Positions 1 through 13,130 of a DNA stretch of 64,000 nt are shown one piece after another. Within the stretch, counting starts at the first letter, position 1; every line of letters begins with the position of its first letter. The stretch is from Octopus sinensis (lineage: Eukaryota), in contig NC_043006.1 in assembly GCF_006345805.1 (NCBI RefSeq), positions 102,424,001-102,488,000 on the forward strand. The letters are read 5' to 3'. A program made the position numbers and the translations under genes. Under the pieces are notes generated by a model that was not told where the DNA came from, searched no databases, and saw only the letters and a program-made list of their open reading frames with translations.

Positions 1-352
1 GTCGGGTGATTGACTCATACTGTCTCTGACATTTGAGTACCTGGGTAGAATTTGCACTCAGGTAAATATGTTGACATATACTACGAGATATCTCATCTGA
101 TGACCCAACAATTCCCTTGATCCGCAAAACTCCTCTGATACTTTATTTATTAACCCTCCACCCCCACCCAAAGCTTGATAAATTAAGTAGCGGGTGTGGC
201 AGTATGGTAAATACTTGGCTTCTCAACCACATGGTTCTGGGTTCAATCCCACAGTGTGACACCTTGGGTAAGTGTCTTCAACTATAGCTCCAGGTTGACC
301 AAAGCTTTGTAAGTGGATTTTGCAGGTGGAAACTGAAAGAAGCTTGTATATC

Positions 353-354
353 TA

Positions 355-397
<43 letters not shown>

Positions 398-400
398 TAT

Positions 401-451
<51 letters not shown>

Positions 452-452
452 T

Positions 453-513
<61 letters not shown>

Positions 514-527
514 ATATATATATATAC
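353..527. repeat. Interrupted (TA)n microsatellite (one of many)
   Basis: Direct reading; similar tracts near 5636, 6146, 6680, 8330, 13620, 24904, 33790, 50805. Confidence 0.98.
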
Positions 528-795
528 TTTATTTAAAGTAAGAACATGGGAGTGAATCGAGTTTCACGTTCCCGTCGTCGGACATTTTTGTTAAAATTTT
601 AACAAAAACTGTCCAACGAACAGGAATGTGAAACTCCGAGTAACAGGTTTTGTTGAATTTCTGCTGCTTTTAAATAAAGCATATTACTCTACCCCTGGAA
701 TTTGAGTACTCTTTTTTCCACCTTGTTTCACATTTATGTGTTTACCCAGGTATATATATATATATATATATACACACACATAGACACTCATATAT

Positions 796-831
<36 letters not shown>

Positions 832-1330
832 CTACACATACACACACAAACATGTATGTATATATAAATGTATATACACTTACATGTGTGTGTGAGAGAG
901 AGAGAGAGAATGTATGTATATGTTTGTGTGTGGGTGTAAGTTGTTTTGTGTTTTCATGTCTTGTATGATAATTGTAAACGAGTGTCACTGTCATACAAGC
1001 AGTGTCATTCCTTTCCAATATTCTGTAGAAATATGTCTATCCATAGGGATAGCGGCAAAAAGGGTTGGTGGCAGAAAAAGAAAATCTGACTCAAATAAAC
1101 TCTGCTTGACCCCTGTGGAAAAGTGGACTTCAAATGATGATGGTGAGGATGATGATAATGATGTTGACAAGGCAAAGGTGACATCAAAGGGATTTTGAAC
1201 TTGGAGCTCAGAGGGTTGCAACACATACCACAGGGCAACCTTTCTGACTCTAACTTTTCTGCTGATTCACTCCCATGTTCTTACAGTGTGACAAACTTAT
1301 TTTTAAAAAATGGTGAAATATATATATATA

Positions 1331-1705
1331 GGCGCAGGAGTGGCTGTGTGGTAAGTAGCTTGCTAACCAACCACATGGTTCCGGGTTCAGTCCCACTGCG
1401 TGGCATCTTGGGCAAGTGTCTTCTGCTATAGCCCCGGGCCGACCAATGCCTTGTGAGTGGATTTTGTAGACGGAAACTGAAAGAAGCCTGTCGTATATAT
1501 ATATATATGTATGTGTGTCTGTGTTTGTACCCCTAGCATTGCTTGACAACCAATGCTGGTGTGTTTACGTCCCCGTCACTTAGCGGTTCAGCAAAAGAGA
1601 CCGATGGAATAAGTACTGGGCTTACAAAGAATAAGTCCTGGGGTCGATTTGCTCGACTAAAGGCGGTGCTCCAGCATGGCCGCAGTCAAGTGACTGAAAC
1701 AAGTA
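1331..1705 (+). mobile_element. tRNA-derived SINE, family A (bipartite, split by a microsatellite)
   Basis: A box TGGCTGTGTGGT, B box GGTTCAGTCCC, body ..AGACGGAAACTGAAAGAAGCC. Other copies near 189-345, 5325-5460, 6720-6885(-), 27190-27300, 55780-55945, 56480-56640(-), 59100-59280(-), 61405-61545(-). Confidence 0.85.
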
Positions 1706-3881
1706 AAAAAAAAAATTAAAAAAATATATATATATATATCCTTACCATCAACATTCAGCTAGATAGAGTTTTTTTTGTGTGTGTGTGTGTGGTGTAATAT
1801 CTATGTGTACATGTGTGCGTGATGTGATATTTTCTTTTTATCGTGTGTGTGTGTGTGTGTTTATACAGAATAAAATCTATGACAAACTCTGATGCTTTAA
1901 AAAAAGTTTTCTATTCCGAAGCTTTGTTTTAGTTTTTGTTGTCTGTTTTTAAATAATTGTATTTATTTTTTTCCTTCTTTTTCCTGCCCCTTTTATTTGT
2001 CTAATGAATGTAAGGTTTCAATGATCGAATTATTGCAATGCTTCATAACCACAACGCTACTTTCTACCCATACCATGTGAATACAAAAGATTGCAATGAA
2101 ATTTCGTCTGTCACAGAAAACCATTTCAAAATTAACATATTTTTGTTGTAGTTGTTGTTGATTTTTCTGGCAATTATTTTTCTTTTAATCTCGAATGTTT
2201 TCATTTTTTGAAGGTTTTTTTTTTGTTGTTGTTGCTGTACGCTGATTTTTTTCTTTTTTGTTTAAATTCTTCCTTTTTAATCTGATTGCTGAATAAAACA
2301 GTGAATTTCTGTGATGTTTTTAGTTATGGCTATCTTTATTGCATTTCAAATGTTTTACAAGAAGAATATTTTGGCTAATTAAGCTAATAATTAAATTCCA
2401 TTTACTTGGAAATTTTTACCAAATGATGCACCATATTATTAATAATCAAAGTAAGAACAATAACAAGAACAAGAACACAGAAAAGAAAGACAATAATTAC
2501 TCATCCATACACATATATCTACACATTCACTCACACACACACACACACACACACTCACATGGGCACACACAGAGTTTAAAAGAAAATTATAAACAAAAAA
2601 TCACATACATTAATTCCTTCGAAGAAATGTAAAAGACTCTGTGGCGCTTCACCGAAATACAAAAAAACAAAAAATTGCTGAGAAATGGGTCATGGGATTA
2701 ATTCCTGTTCACTTGAGATCTAAGAATAATTCAGAAACTAGCAATAACTACACGATAGTGTCTGCAACAAAAATCATGAATAACAACAATTCTAAACCAT
2801 TTTAATTAAGGAGAGAGAAGAGTTAAAGAAGATGAAAACAGAAAAAATATAACATTCTGAATATTTTTACCCAAACTTTTCAAACTTTAAAAAAACAAAA
2901 AAAAAGAAGACAAACAAAAGAATCGAATTTGAAAATTACTTTGAAAGTTTCTTATGAATTGGTGATTCTTGGAATGGCGATTCATTGCAACACATTTATT
3001 TGAAGATAAAATATTCAAACATTCAATGTTGATTCTCTTTTGATGAAGTGCTCAAAGATTTTGGAAAGAAGCGGCTGTACATCACCATCACCATCACCAT
3101 CATCATCTTCAGCCTTCTCCTCCAGCTCATCTTCGTTATTTTCTTAATCCTCCTCCTGCTCCTCATCATCATCATCATGCTCAGTGCCACCAACAACAAC
3201 ACCTCCACGCCTCCACCACCATCCTCACTACAACTATTGTCATCTTCATCACCATCAGCAGCAATATTGTTATCTTCAACTCCCTTTCAGTCATACTATG
3301 TCAGGTTAGTTTGTAATATAGTAATTGACTCATGACTCAATTTTTATGTCAAGCTGTCCATAAAATTCAATATCTTGAAATCTAACCTCATAACTCCTTT
3401 CCATGTCTTCTCAACTTATTCTCTATCACACTCCCAAAATATTCATTAACCTTCTTCAAATGCCAATGCAACACCATTGCAGTTATCTCCCTTACTTATA
3501 TTGGCTTCTCCTCACACTGCTCACACTCCATGCCAGTATTAATTCTACCTCAATCACTAATATATAATTTTTAATAAGCTTATTGGCAAATCACAACATC
3601 AGTGCCTGTTCTGGCACTGGTTTTCTATATAAACAGCTGCTATCTCCAGTAGTCATGCAACCATCATTGATGAGACCAAGGAAGGGTGAAATCCCGTGAT
3701 TTGGTGGCCTCGGCATGCGAAATGATGGGGATTTATCTCCCTTCTAGTGATATATACAAGAGTGTATTTTGCACCAAAAGCCAAAGTTTCTCTCCTGGTA
3801 TCTACCATAGTCTAGCTTGTTCTAACAGAACACCTATGTTTAAAAGGGGATAAATATTAACTCTCAGTATGTTAACCAAGG

Positions 3882-4135
3882 TGGAGGCACGTGGCTTAGT
3901 GGTTAGGGTGTCAGCACCATGATCATAAGATTGTGGTTTCAATTCCTGGACTGGGCAACGCGTTGTGTTCTTGAGCAAAACACTTCATTTCACGTTGCTC
4001 AAGTCTACTCAGCTGGCAAAAATGAGTAACGCTGTGATGGACTGGCATCCTGTCCAGCTGGGGAACACACACATACGCCATTGAAACTGGGAAACCGGGC
4101 CCATGAGCCTGGCTAGGCTTTAAAAGGGCACATTT
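3882..4135 (+). mobile_element. tRNA-derived SINE, family D
   Basis: TGGCTTAGTGGTTAG A box, GGTTTCAATTCC B box; second copy at about 4404-4700. Confidence 0.75.
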
Positions 4136-5626
4136 ATTTTATTTTATGTTAACCAAGTTTAATTCGTTGATCACTGGAAAGAATAAAAAGCTGAGTTGAT
4201 AACCCACGGGATTTAAACTGAAATCAATGACTAGAAAAGAGTTTTGGTAGAGTGTGTGTGCTGCCTACTATAGATTTTTTTTTTTACTCCTTGCTCTATT
4301 TGACAAGAATTATCATTAATGCTCTTGCTCCCATCGCTTCTTGTCTACCCTTTTCTGACCCTTTCTGATGTTTCTCTGTCTTATCCCTCTCCTCAGTGAA
4401 GGTGCATGGCTTAGTGGTTAGGGTACTCAACTCATGATCATAAGGGCATGCATTCAATTCCCAGCAGTGCGTTGTTGAGCAAAACACTTCATTTCATGTT
4501 GCTCCAGTCCATTCAGCTGGCAAAAATGAGTTGTACGTGTATTTCAAAGGGCCAGCCTTGTTGCATTCTGTGTCATGCTGAATCTACATCAGAACTACAT
4601 AAAGGGTACGCATGGTTGTGGAGTGCGCATTAATTTCCCAAGCAAGCTGTTCTGTAGATGAGATCAACTGAAACTCTTGTCATCAAAACTGACAGAGTGC
4701 CAGATATTCCTCTCCTCACTCTTTGGTTACTTTCTACTCTCTACAGTTACTGAGTACAAAGCACTGCCATTCCTAGGTTGGTGCCACAAAAACATGTGGT
4801 ACACATGGTAAATGTGGAGAAAGCATACAATTGTAAGGTACATATAGTTCTGTTTTATCAAAGATTATTCAAATCTCTTCAGTGTTAGTAACATGAGAAA
4901 ATGCATGCAATACACTCTGTAAAATAGTTGGCGATATAGAAAGGGTTTCAAGCAGTGGCAGATGGTGGTTGTTGTGTGGGGTGTGCTGCCACATCCAATG
5001 CGAACCAAGCAACAGTATAACAAAAGTTTTCCATTAAGATTTGTGATTAAATTAATGAGTAAAGTTGATATTTATAATGAATTTGCCATTTTCGATGAGT
5101 GTGCAGCACACACCTAGCACACCTGGAATATATGCCCTTGGTGTCAAACCATAGAAACCTTGTCAGATGATGTGGATGAGCACCAGTATTTGGGGGCAGT
5201 GTTTCCTTATATGAAATAATTCAGTTGGTGATGACCTTCCAACTCATGTCTGCATGGAAGGGGGACATAAAATAATGACAATGATGCTGACGATGACAAT
5301 AACATTTTCATTATGGGTGCAAGAGTGGCTGTAAACCATGTGGTCCCAGGTTCAGTCCCAGTGTGTAGAACACTTTGGATAAGTGTCTTCTACTATAGCC
5401 TCAAGCTGATGAAAACCTCTTGTGAATGGATTCGTTAGGTGGAAACTGAAAGAAGCCCATCATTGCTGAACTCTACATGCTTTATTTTCATTCTCTCTCT
5501 ATTTATTTCCTCTTATTCCTTTCTGTCGAAGAGCATAGGCTCAAAATGTAAAAGATTTTTCCATTTTTCCCGACCATCAAACTTGTACACTTGCTTGTTG
5601 TTCCTACACCTGTCTTTGTATATGTA

Positions 5627-5675
<49 letters not shown>

Positions 5676-6143
5676 ATATATGAACAGTTTGCAGTCAGCA
5701 TTAGTGACTGAGTTCTGCTATTGGACTGCCTGGTTAGGATAAAACTTAGCTCCAAGCAGTTATTAGGAATAAACAAACTTTAGGTTAGTTCAAATATGTT
5801 TGTGACAAATATAAAATTTCTAAATTGTAAATTCTCTTCTATATTAAAAGGTATAAGAACACCATATCTGGTGAGTGCTTTCCCCATTGGATTCCCAGAC
5901 ATGCATTTCTGGCTCTTTAGCATTCCTCAATGGGAAATATTGAAGTGCCAGAAATGAGCATCTGAGAATCCAGTGGGGGAGGCACCGGGCAAGTATGGAG
6001 TTTTTATACTTTTTACCATAAGAGAGAATTTCTTTTCAATGGTAACAGCTGTGAATTTACCTTTAGAAGCTAAGATGTGTCACAAACATAACTAGCCTAA
6101 AGGTCATTTACACACACACACACACATGCATAAATGATGATGA

Positions 6144-6191
<48 letters not shown>

Positions 6192-6682
6192 AGAGTTTAC
6201 AAAAAAAACAAACGATGAAGACAGGTGGTGTACAAAACAAACAGATGTATTAGTATAACGCTCAGGAATAGAAAAAGTCTTTTACGTTTTGAGCCTACGC
6301 TCTTCTACAGAAAGGGACACAGAAAAAGCAAGGAGAAAAACAAGGCGAGAAAAAAATGTGTGTAGTGGCTAACGATCTATCATGGCAACTAGTGCCAGAC
6401 AATATATACTATCTTTAGTAGGTAGGTAAGGCAACAACTATAACAAATCAGCCCCAGGACTTATTCTTTGTAAGCCTAGTGCTTATTCTATTGATCTCTT
6501 TTGCTGAACTGCTAAGTTACAGGAATGTAAACACACCAACATTGGTTGTCAAGTGATGGTGGTGGGGACAAACACAAACACAAAGACACACACACATAAA
6601 TATATACATACATATAGATATATATATATGTATGTATATATATGTGTGTGTGTGTGTATATATATATATATGTGTGTGTGTG

Positions 6683-6721
<39 letters not shown>

Positions 6722-8311
6722 TAGAGGCTTCTTTCAGGCATTCTGTATACCAAATCCACTCCCAAGGCTTTGGTCACCCTAAGGCTATAGTAGAAGACAC
6801 TTGCCCAAGGTGCCATGCAGTGGGACTGAATTCGGAACCATGTGACTGGGAGGCAACCCCCTTACCCCACTGCCTTACCTGCACCTCTGCTAGCATTTCA
6901 CTTATCACTTCCATTTCTGATCACTTATTCCCTCTTCTTTACACACTGAACAATTACACTTCACTAATTTTCACTCACTAAATAACTAATAGCATTATCA
7001 TCTCCAGGCCTCACATCTTAGTAGAGAATATATCAAATCAGCACCAATTCTTCCTGGCACTCTGTTTTATCAATCCCAGTAGGATGAAAGCCAGAGTTGG
7101 CTTGGATGAAAGCCAAGGTTGACAGAATATTACAAGCCATAACTAAACAGCACAAGGCATTTTGTCTGACACCAATTTACTATCCACTTAGTCCATTTAA
7201 TGTTAATAAAATAGCCAAAAACACTTTACCGTAATTTGTATTATCTCTAATCCATTTCAGGTTGGAATCCAACCTTAGTTGATTATTGCCTTTCGAGAAT
7301 GATAGATATGTATTAGGCATCTACTGGAGATGCTACCATTAACTATACATCCCTTGGCTTTGTGCCGTAGTTTTTAAGTCTAACTGTAAGCAACGTGAAG
7401 GATACGAGCTGGCAGAATTGTTAGCATGCCTAGCAAGATGCTTAGTGCCTTTTCATTCATCTTTATGTTCTGAGTTCAAATTCTGCTGAGGTCGATATTG
7501 CCTTTCATCTTTTTTTTGGTGGGCGGGGGGGATAAAATACGTATCAGTTGAACACTGGAGTCACTGTAATTGACGTTCCTCTTCCCCAAATTTGCTGGCC
7601 TTCTGCCAAAATTTGAAATCGATATTAAGCAATGTGGTAGTTCCAGAATGAAATTGCACTATTTACTTTCACTTCTTTTCATTCTGAGTTCAACTCAGGG
7701 TTTTTGTTATTAATAAAAGGAGCACCAAATCTGCACCGAAGGGCTTCTTGTAAATGTGTGGCCCTTTCTTTGCCAATTTAAAGACACCAGCAGAGAACAT
7801 CATTGTCAGCCCCTCCCCCTCATCTGCCTCCACCACTGTCTCTGCTTCGACTGTCTTCCCTGTCTCCCCATCATCATCATCATCTAATGTCCAGCAGCAA
7901 TGTTTTTCCATGGTTTGGACAGTTTGTCAGTGCCTGGTGAGTTGAAGAATCCCATCATGCACCAATGTCTATTTTGGCATAGTTTCTATGGCTTCGGTGT
8001 AAATTCACTTTATTTGGGTCATCAAAGAATGCATGAACATCAAAACAACTCATTTCCACTCTCTGCTGTAAAATACTGGCCCTTTTTTTTTTTTAATAAA
8101 CTATGAACTAATTTTATGCAACTCAACAGGATCTCTGGTGGTGGTGCCATGAAGGACATACTCAGAATACTTTGTAAAGTGATTGGTGTCAGTCAGGGCA
8201 TCCAGTCGTAGGAACCAGGCCAAAATTGAAACCTCTGAGAAGACATGATTCCTTCAACTGATACTTATTTTATTAGCTCCCAAAAGCATATATATGCATG
8301 TATGTGTGTGA

Positions 8312-8437
<126 letters not shown>

Positions 8438-8446
8438 TATATATAT

Positions 8447-8757
8447 GGAGGTGCAATGGCCAAGTGGTTAGGGTAGCGGTCTCGAGGTCGTAGGATAGCA
8501 GTTTCGATTCCCAGACCGAGCGTAGTGAGTGTTTATTGAACAAAAGCACCTAAAGCTTCACGAGGCTCCAGCAGGGGGTGGTGACAATCCCTGCTGTACT
8601 CTTTCACCACAACTTTCTCTCACTCTTTCTTCTGTTGGCCTGCTCGCTTAGCCAGCAGGGTGGCGTCATTTGAAGGCTAAAACAATGCGAAGCATGTTGT
8701 GACCAGTGATGTGTAGCAACATCTGATAGCCTGGTCGGGTCACGGTCATCATGGTGA
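8447..8757 (+). mobile_element. tRNA-derived SINE, family E (reverse copy at about 55967-56250)
   Basis: TGGCCAAGTGGTTAGGG A box, GTTTCGATTCC B box; near-identical inverted copy in intron 10. Confidence 0.8.
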
Positions 8758-9876
8758 TGTATATATATACACACACACATACACATATATGTATATAACC
8801 CAGTTGTACCTAGTGTAAGCTATGGACACATAAGAGGTGCAGCAATATCAAAGGAAGGCTAACTGGGATGATAGTTTTTGTATGTGGCAGATGCTCGGGA
8901 GCAATAAATAACACTGAAAGTGTGCAGAGAACCACTGCTGAGGACATGCATAAGGTCGCAAGGAATGAAGCCAGCATGCTCTGATGAATGTGTAATGTCA
9001 GTGTGCATACTTGACAGAGTGTAGGTACCTTGAGAGAAAAGTTGAACCGAAGAAGCATCAGTTGTGGTGTGCAAGACTGTGCTAGTATGGTCATGTGGCG
9101 AGAATGCATAAGCGGACGTTAAACGATGATGATGATGATATGAGGTTTGGTAAAGGAAGATCTTAAATCAAGATGTTAATTACCAGTTAAAGGGGCAAGA
9201 CTAAGAAAATCAATGATGATATTACAGGGGAAATCTTTATCATGGGGTTCTATAATTGAATGATTTACACAATATTGTTATACTGTATAAAGATAATATT
9301 TAGGGTTATCAAGAAAAAATATTAAGAAAATATTATAACCAAAAAGGATAAATTTTTAAATAATTTTGAGTATATACCAAAATTTACAACAATAGAGAGA
9401 GAAAAAAAATTACATAGAATTAGTTTAATAATTATTCATATCTATATATATAAAACTCAACTTGTGTGTCTGTGTGTGTATCTGTGTGTGTGTGTTTAAC
9501 TTCCCGGCACATCTTCTCCTAGCCAACAAATCATAGAACCACCAAAAATGGGTCACTTAAAGTTTAGGCAAATGAAAATTGAACTGCGCTATTTCTGTTC
9601 CGAAATTCATCTCGCAAGTGCAAAAATCGATAATGTGTTTGTTTAGGCCTTATTCCATGCATTGAATAGTGAACTTTACTCAGTCAGCTGTTTGACGTGA
9701 ACTGTGTTCACCACGCATGTAAGCATGCGTAAATTGCATGAAAAATAAAAAATCAAGATATAAAAATGAATCGCCGTAAACATTGTAGAAATTCGGCAAA
9801 GAAATGAATTTTCGGGATGTAGCCTGGAGGGTTTTTTCGTATTAATCATTTGGACTTTGTGAACACATACCAATTA

Positions 9877-10242
9877 TCTATATATATAAAGCTGAAGTTG
9901 TCTGTGTATGGCAGGTTTGGTAGCCTTCAACTAACACTATCTCCTCCAAGACCCTGCGGCACAAGTTGACCAAAATTGAGTGTATGATAGAAGAAGGCTT
10001 GCTCTTCCTTTCGTAGAAGAAAAAATTCAAATCGGACCATGTTAACACCAAAAATTATTTACATCAAAAAGGTGCTTTTTTCTATGAAAATCCCTGTTTT
10101 TTTACGATTTTTTGACTGTCGCCATTTTTCGTGTATTTCAACCAGAAAAATGTTCACTTAAAGAGAATAACAAGCTACATAATGCAAAATTTTTACTTTT
10201 CAAAAATTCCAATTCTAAAGCAACGCCGGGTGAAAATGCTAG
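9877..10242 (+). mobile_element. Non-autonomous Helitron-like element (a second 5' end starts at 9441)
   Basis: A|TCTATATATATAAA start; GCAACGCCGGG subterminal motif and CTAG|T end. Confidence 0.6.
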
Positions 10243-11169
10243 TACTTAAATATCTACTTATTTGGTGGTATCTATGAAGATTGATCACTGGCATTTACTG
10301 GCAATTTAGTAAAGGAATACTGGGTCGATAGAACAGGCTAACTACATAATAATAATCTAAGAGGCATATTATAAGTTGTGAAGTTACCGGTGCTGTTATA
10401 TATAAGCTAATATAAATTTCTAGTACAAAAATTAGGTTTACTTACATAAAGGCTATTATAAAAATAATATGATCAGTAGGGTAGACCACCATAGAAAGGA
10501 ATAAATAGTTTAATCACTAAAAAACATGATGAAGTATATATACCTTATTATCATCAAAAGAGAAGAGAAGACTGTATAGAATTTGTTTAATAATTCAGTC
10601 ATTTAAACTAAAATTATTTATTTATTAGGTATAAAGACTGATACTTGGTATTTACTAGAGGAATGCTGAGGCTATAGAACATGCTAACTATATATCAATT
10701 ATAAACTGAGAGGCATAATATAAGTTTTAAAAGTTTCCAGTGTTAATACATACATGATAATATACTTTCTTAGGGGCACTTAATTAGGAGGGCTACTTAC
10801 ATAAAGGCCTTTATAAAAATGATAATATGATGAGGAGGGTGGAACACTATAGAAAGGGATAAATAGATTAATCACTAAAACCATGATGAAGTTTGACTAA
10901 CTAGGCAGGAATATTCATAGGATAGTATAACAAATCCATGGTGTACACTGACTTACTATACAATATAGCTTATATTATATGCAAAGTACTTTAATTCCTC
11001 ATGTAACTAAATATCACTTCATTTATATATATATATATATATATATATTTGCCTAATAGTGGTTTTATCTCTAATTTAATATAATATAATATAATATATT
11101 TATACTATAAAATTGGATTTAATCCTAAATCTAATTTTTCCCTGTAAGTTTGGATTTATTCCCTAATAT

Positions 11170-11208
<39 letters not shown>

Positions 11209-11287
11209 TAGAGGATAAGAATAATTAGATCCAACACCTAAAAAGCGTTAATTTCGAAAATATCTAAATGTACAGGTGACGCTATGT

Positions 11288-11680
11288 ACGCATGATACCC
11301 TCAGGTCTAATCTATTGTTAAACAGGTTGCTCTTGTCTTTATTCTTAAAAATTTCATATGTTTCCATTAGAGCACACCTCACACTCATATCTACTATTTC
11401 TACAAGGCTGCGCTTTTCTTACTATTTCCCATTTAAGGCTAAACTCAATTCCACTTTCCTTCAGTTCCTAAGTCTTACTAGATCATGATGTACAATTAGC
11501 CTCATGTTTAAGTCTAAAAATGATTATAAGACGTTTTTTTTTATATCAGTCGAACATCCAATATATATATATATAACATTACTGGTTATAGTTATGATTG
11601 TACATTTATCAATTACATTCTGGATAAGACATCAGCCAAATAATGGACAGTGGGATCTAACTCTACAATTGCAACTCGGA
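11288..11680 (-). pseudogene. Decayed Penelope-type GIY-YIG endonuclease
   Basis: SCNCRVRSHCPLFG*CLIQNVI...YIGCSTDIKK-R-YNH-F...ELKESGIEFSLKWEIV...CEVC...NRLDLRVSCVH with stops and frameshifts. Confidence 0.8.
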
Positions 11681-11719
11681 GAATTATTATTATTAATATT
11701 AGTATTATTGATATTCATA

Positions 11720-11750
<31 letters not shown>

Positions 11751-12006
11751 CACTATTATTATTAGTCCCACTACTACTATCAGGTGTGTTAAGTTCATGT
11801 CTGCTATTATCTATCTCCCCTTCAACTGTAGTATCATTTAAATCTGCTTTAACATCAACAGGAATATCATTAATTTCTATGCTAGCATAGGCCCCAGAGC
11901 TACAATCTATCTTGTGTATATTACAAGTATTAACACCACCATTTCTATTTTCCACTTCATCATTAATATTACTATTCTCATTTTGGGGGTTTACATTAAA
12001 GTTGAC

Positions 12007-12038
<32 letters not shown>

Positions 12039-12093
12039 CTCTCTCTATATATATATATAATTATAGTTATATAATTATATATATATATATATA

Positions 12094-12570
12094 TCATCAT
12101 CATCATCATCATCATTTAACATCCACTTTCCATGCTAGCATGGGTTGGACGATTTGACAGAGGTCTGGCGAACCAGATGGCTGCACCAGACTCCAATCTG
12201 ATCTGGCAGAGTTTCTACAGCTGGATGCCCTTCCTAACGCCAACCACTCCGAGAGTGTAGTGGGTGCTTTTATGTGCCACCGACACGAGGGCCAGTCAGG
12301 CGGTACTGGCAACGGTCATGCTCAAATGGTGCTTTTTATGTGCCACCTGCACAAAATGTTTTTTCACGTGCCACCAGCACAAGTGCTAGTAAGGTGATGC
12401 AGGTGATGATCACGCTTGAATGGTGTTTTTAACATGCCATCGACACGGAGGCCAGCTTTTTGCTCTGGCAACAATCTCACTCGTATGGTACTCTAGGCAC
12501 TCCACTAGCACAGATACCAGTCATCGAATTTGATTTTGATTTTGATTTCACTTGCCTCAACAGGTCCTCA
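12094..12570 (+). mobile_element. RTE-associated short element family C ((CAT)n end, internal GTGCCAC repeats)
   Basis: CATCAT..TTTAAC.TCCACTTTCCATGCTAGCATGGGTTGGAC..GGATGCCCTTCCTAACGCCAACCACTC. Copies near 17950-18153(-), 35243-35550, 38180-38552(-), 39300-39631(-), 39910-40165(-), 46282-46790, 46840-47088(-), 49944-50210, 53400-53731(-), 56975-57180, 60350-60702(-), 62250-62410. Confidence 0.8.
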
Positions 12571-12579
12571 CAAGCAGAG

Positions 12580-13130
12580 TTTAGTGTCCAATGAAGGCTA
12601 TGGTCTCACTTGTGCTAGCTGAATCTTCTCAAGTACAGCATATTTCCAAAGGTCCCAGTCACTAGTCATTGCCTCGGTGAGGCCCAATGTTTGAAGATCA
12701 TGCTTCACCACCTCATCCCAGGCCTTCCTGGGTCTACCTTATCCACAGATTTCCTCAACCACTAGGGTGTGACAATTTTTCACACAGCTATCCACATCCA
12801 TTCTCACCACATGACCATACTAGTGCAATCGTCTCTCCCAGATAAGGGATCAGGGCACCCTGTCAAAAGCTTTCTCCATGTCAACGAAAGCCAGGTACAG
12901 GGGCTTATCTTTGGCTAGGTATTTCTCCTGCAGCTGTCTTACTAGAAATATAGCATCAGTGGTGCTTTTCCCTGGCACAAACCCAAACTGCACCTCATCC
13001 AAACTGACTCTCTCCCTAATTAGTTGGGCTATGACCCTCTCCGCGACAATCTTGGCAAATTTTATGACTCTACCCACTGTGATTCTGTCAACTCCATCAT
13101 GCCCTTTCCTAACAGACCCTGCTCTATAGT
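12580..13130 (-). mobile_element. RTE LINE remnant (RT domain fragment fused to C-terminal fragment)
   Basis: QFGFVPGKSTTDAIFLVRQLQEKYLAKDKPLYLAFVDMEKAFDRVP; downstream GRPRKAWDEVVKHDL. Colinear older fragments lie at about 14100-14460 and 15730-16045. Confidence 0.85.

Noticed and set aside
98-135. CTGATGA near the window start as a hammerhead
   Set aside because: No downstream GAAA or stems
320-1018. ORFs rich in YIYI/VCVC/HTHT here and throughout (5439, 6553, 8245, 13524, 16523, 33771)
   Set aside because: They are translations of (TA)n, (TG)n and (CA)n microsatellites with no coding signal
1860-3000. U-rich/A-rich tract resembling a long 3' UTR
   Set aside because: No associated coding exon in the window, so it cannot be supported from composition alone
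3020-3310. Acidic D/E-rich stretch on the minus strand resembling a protein tail
   Set aside because: It needs a frameshift and contains an internal TAA, has no supporting splice sites, and is explained by (GAT)n/(GGT)n low complexity
7690-7945. Ser/Thr-rich + frame ending in CTG|GTGAGT, with an acidic ORF on the minus strand
   Set aside because: No in-frame acceptor, no partner exons and no recognisable homology
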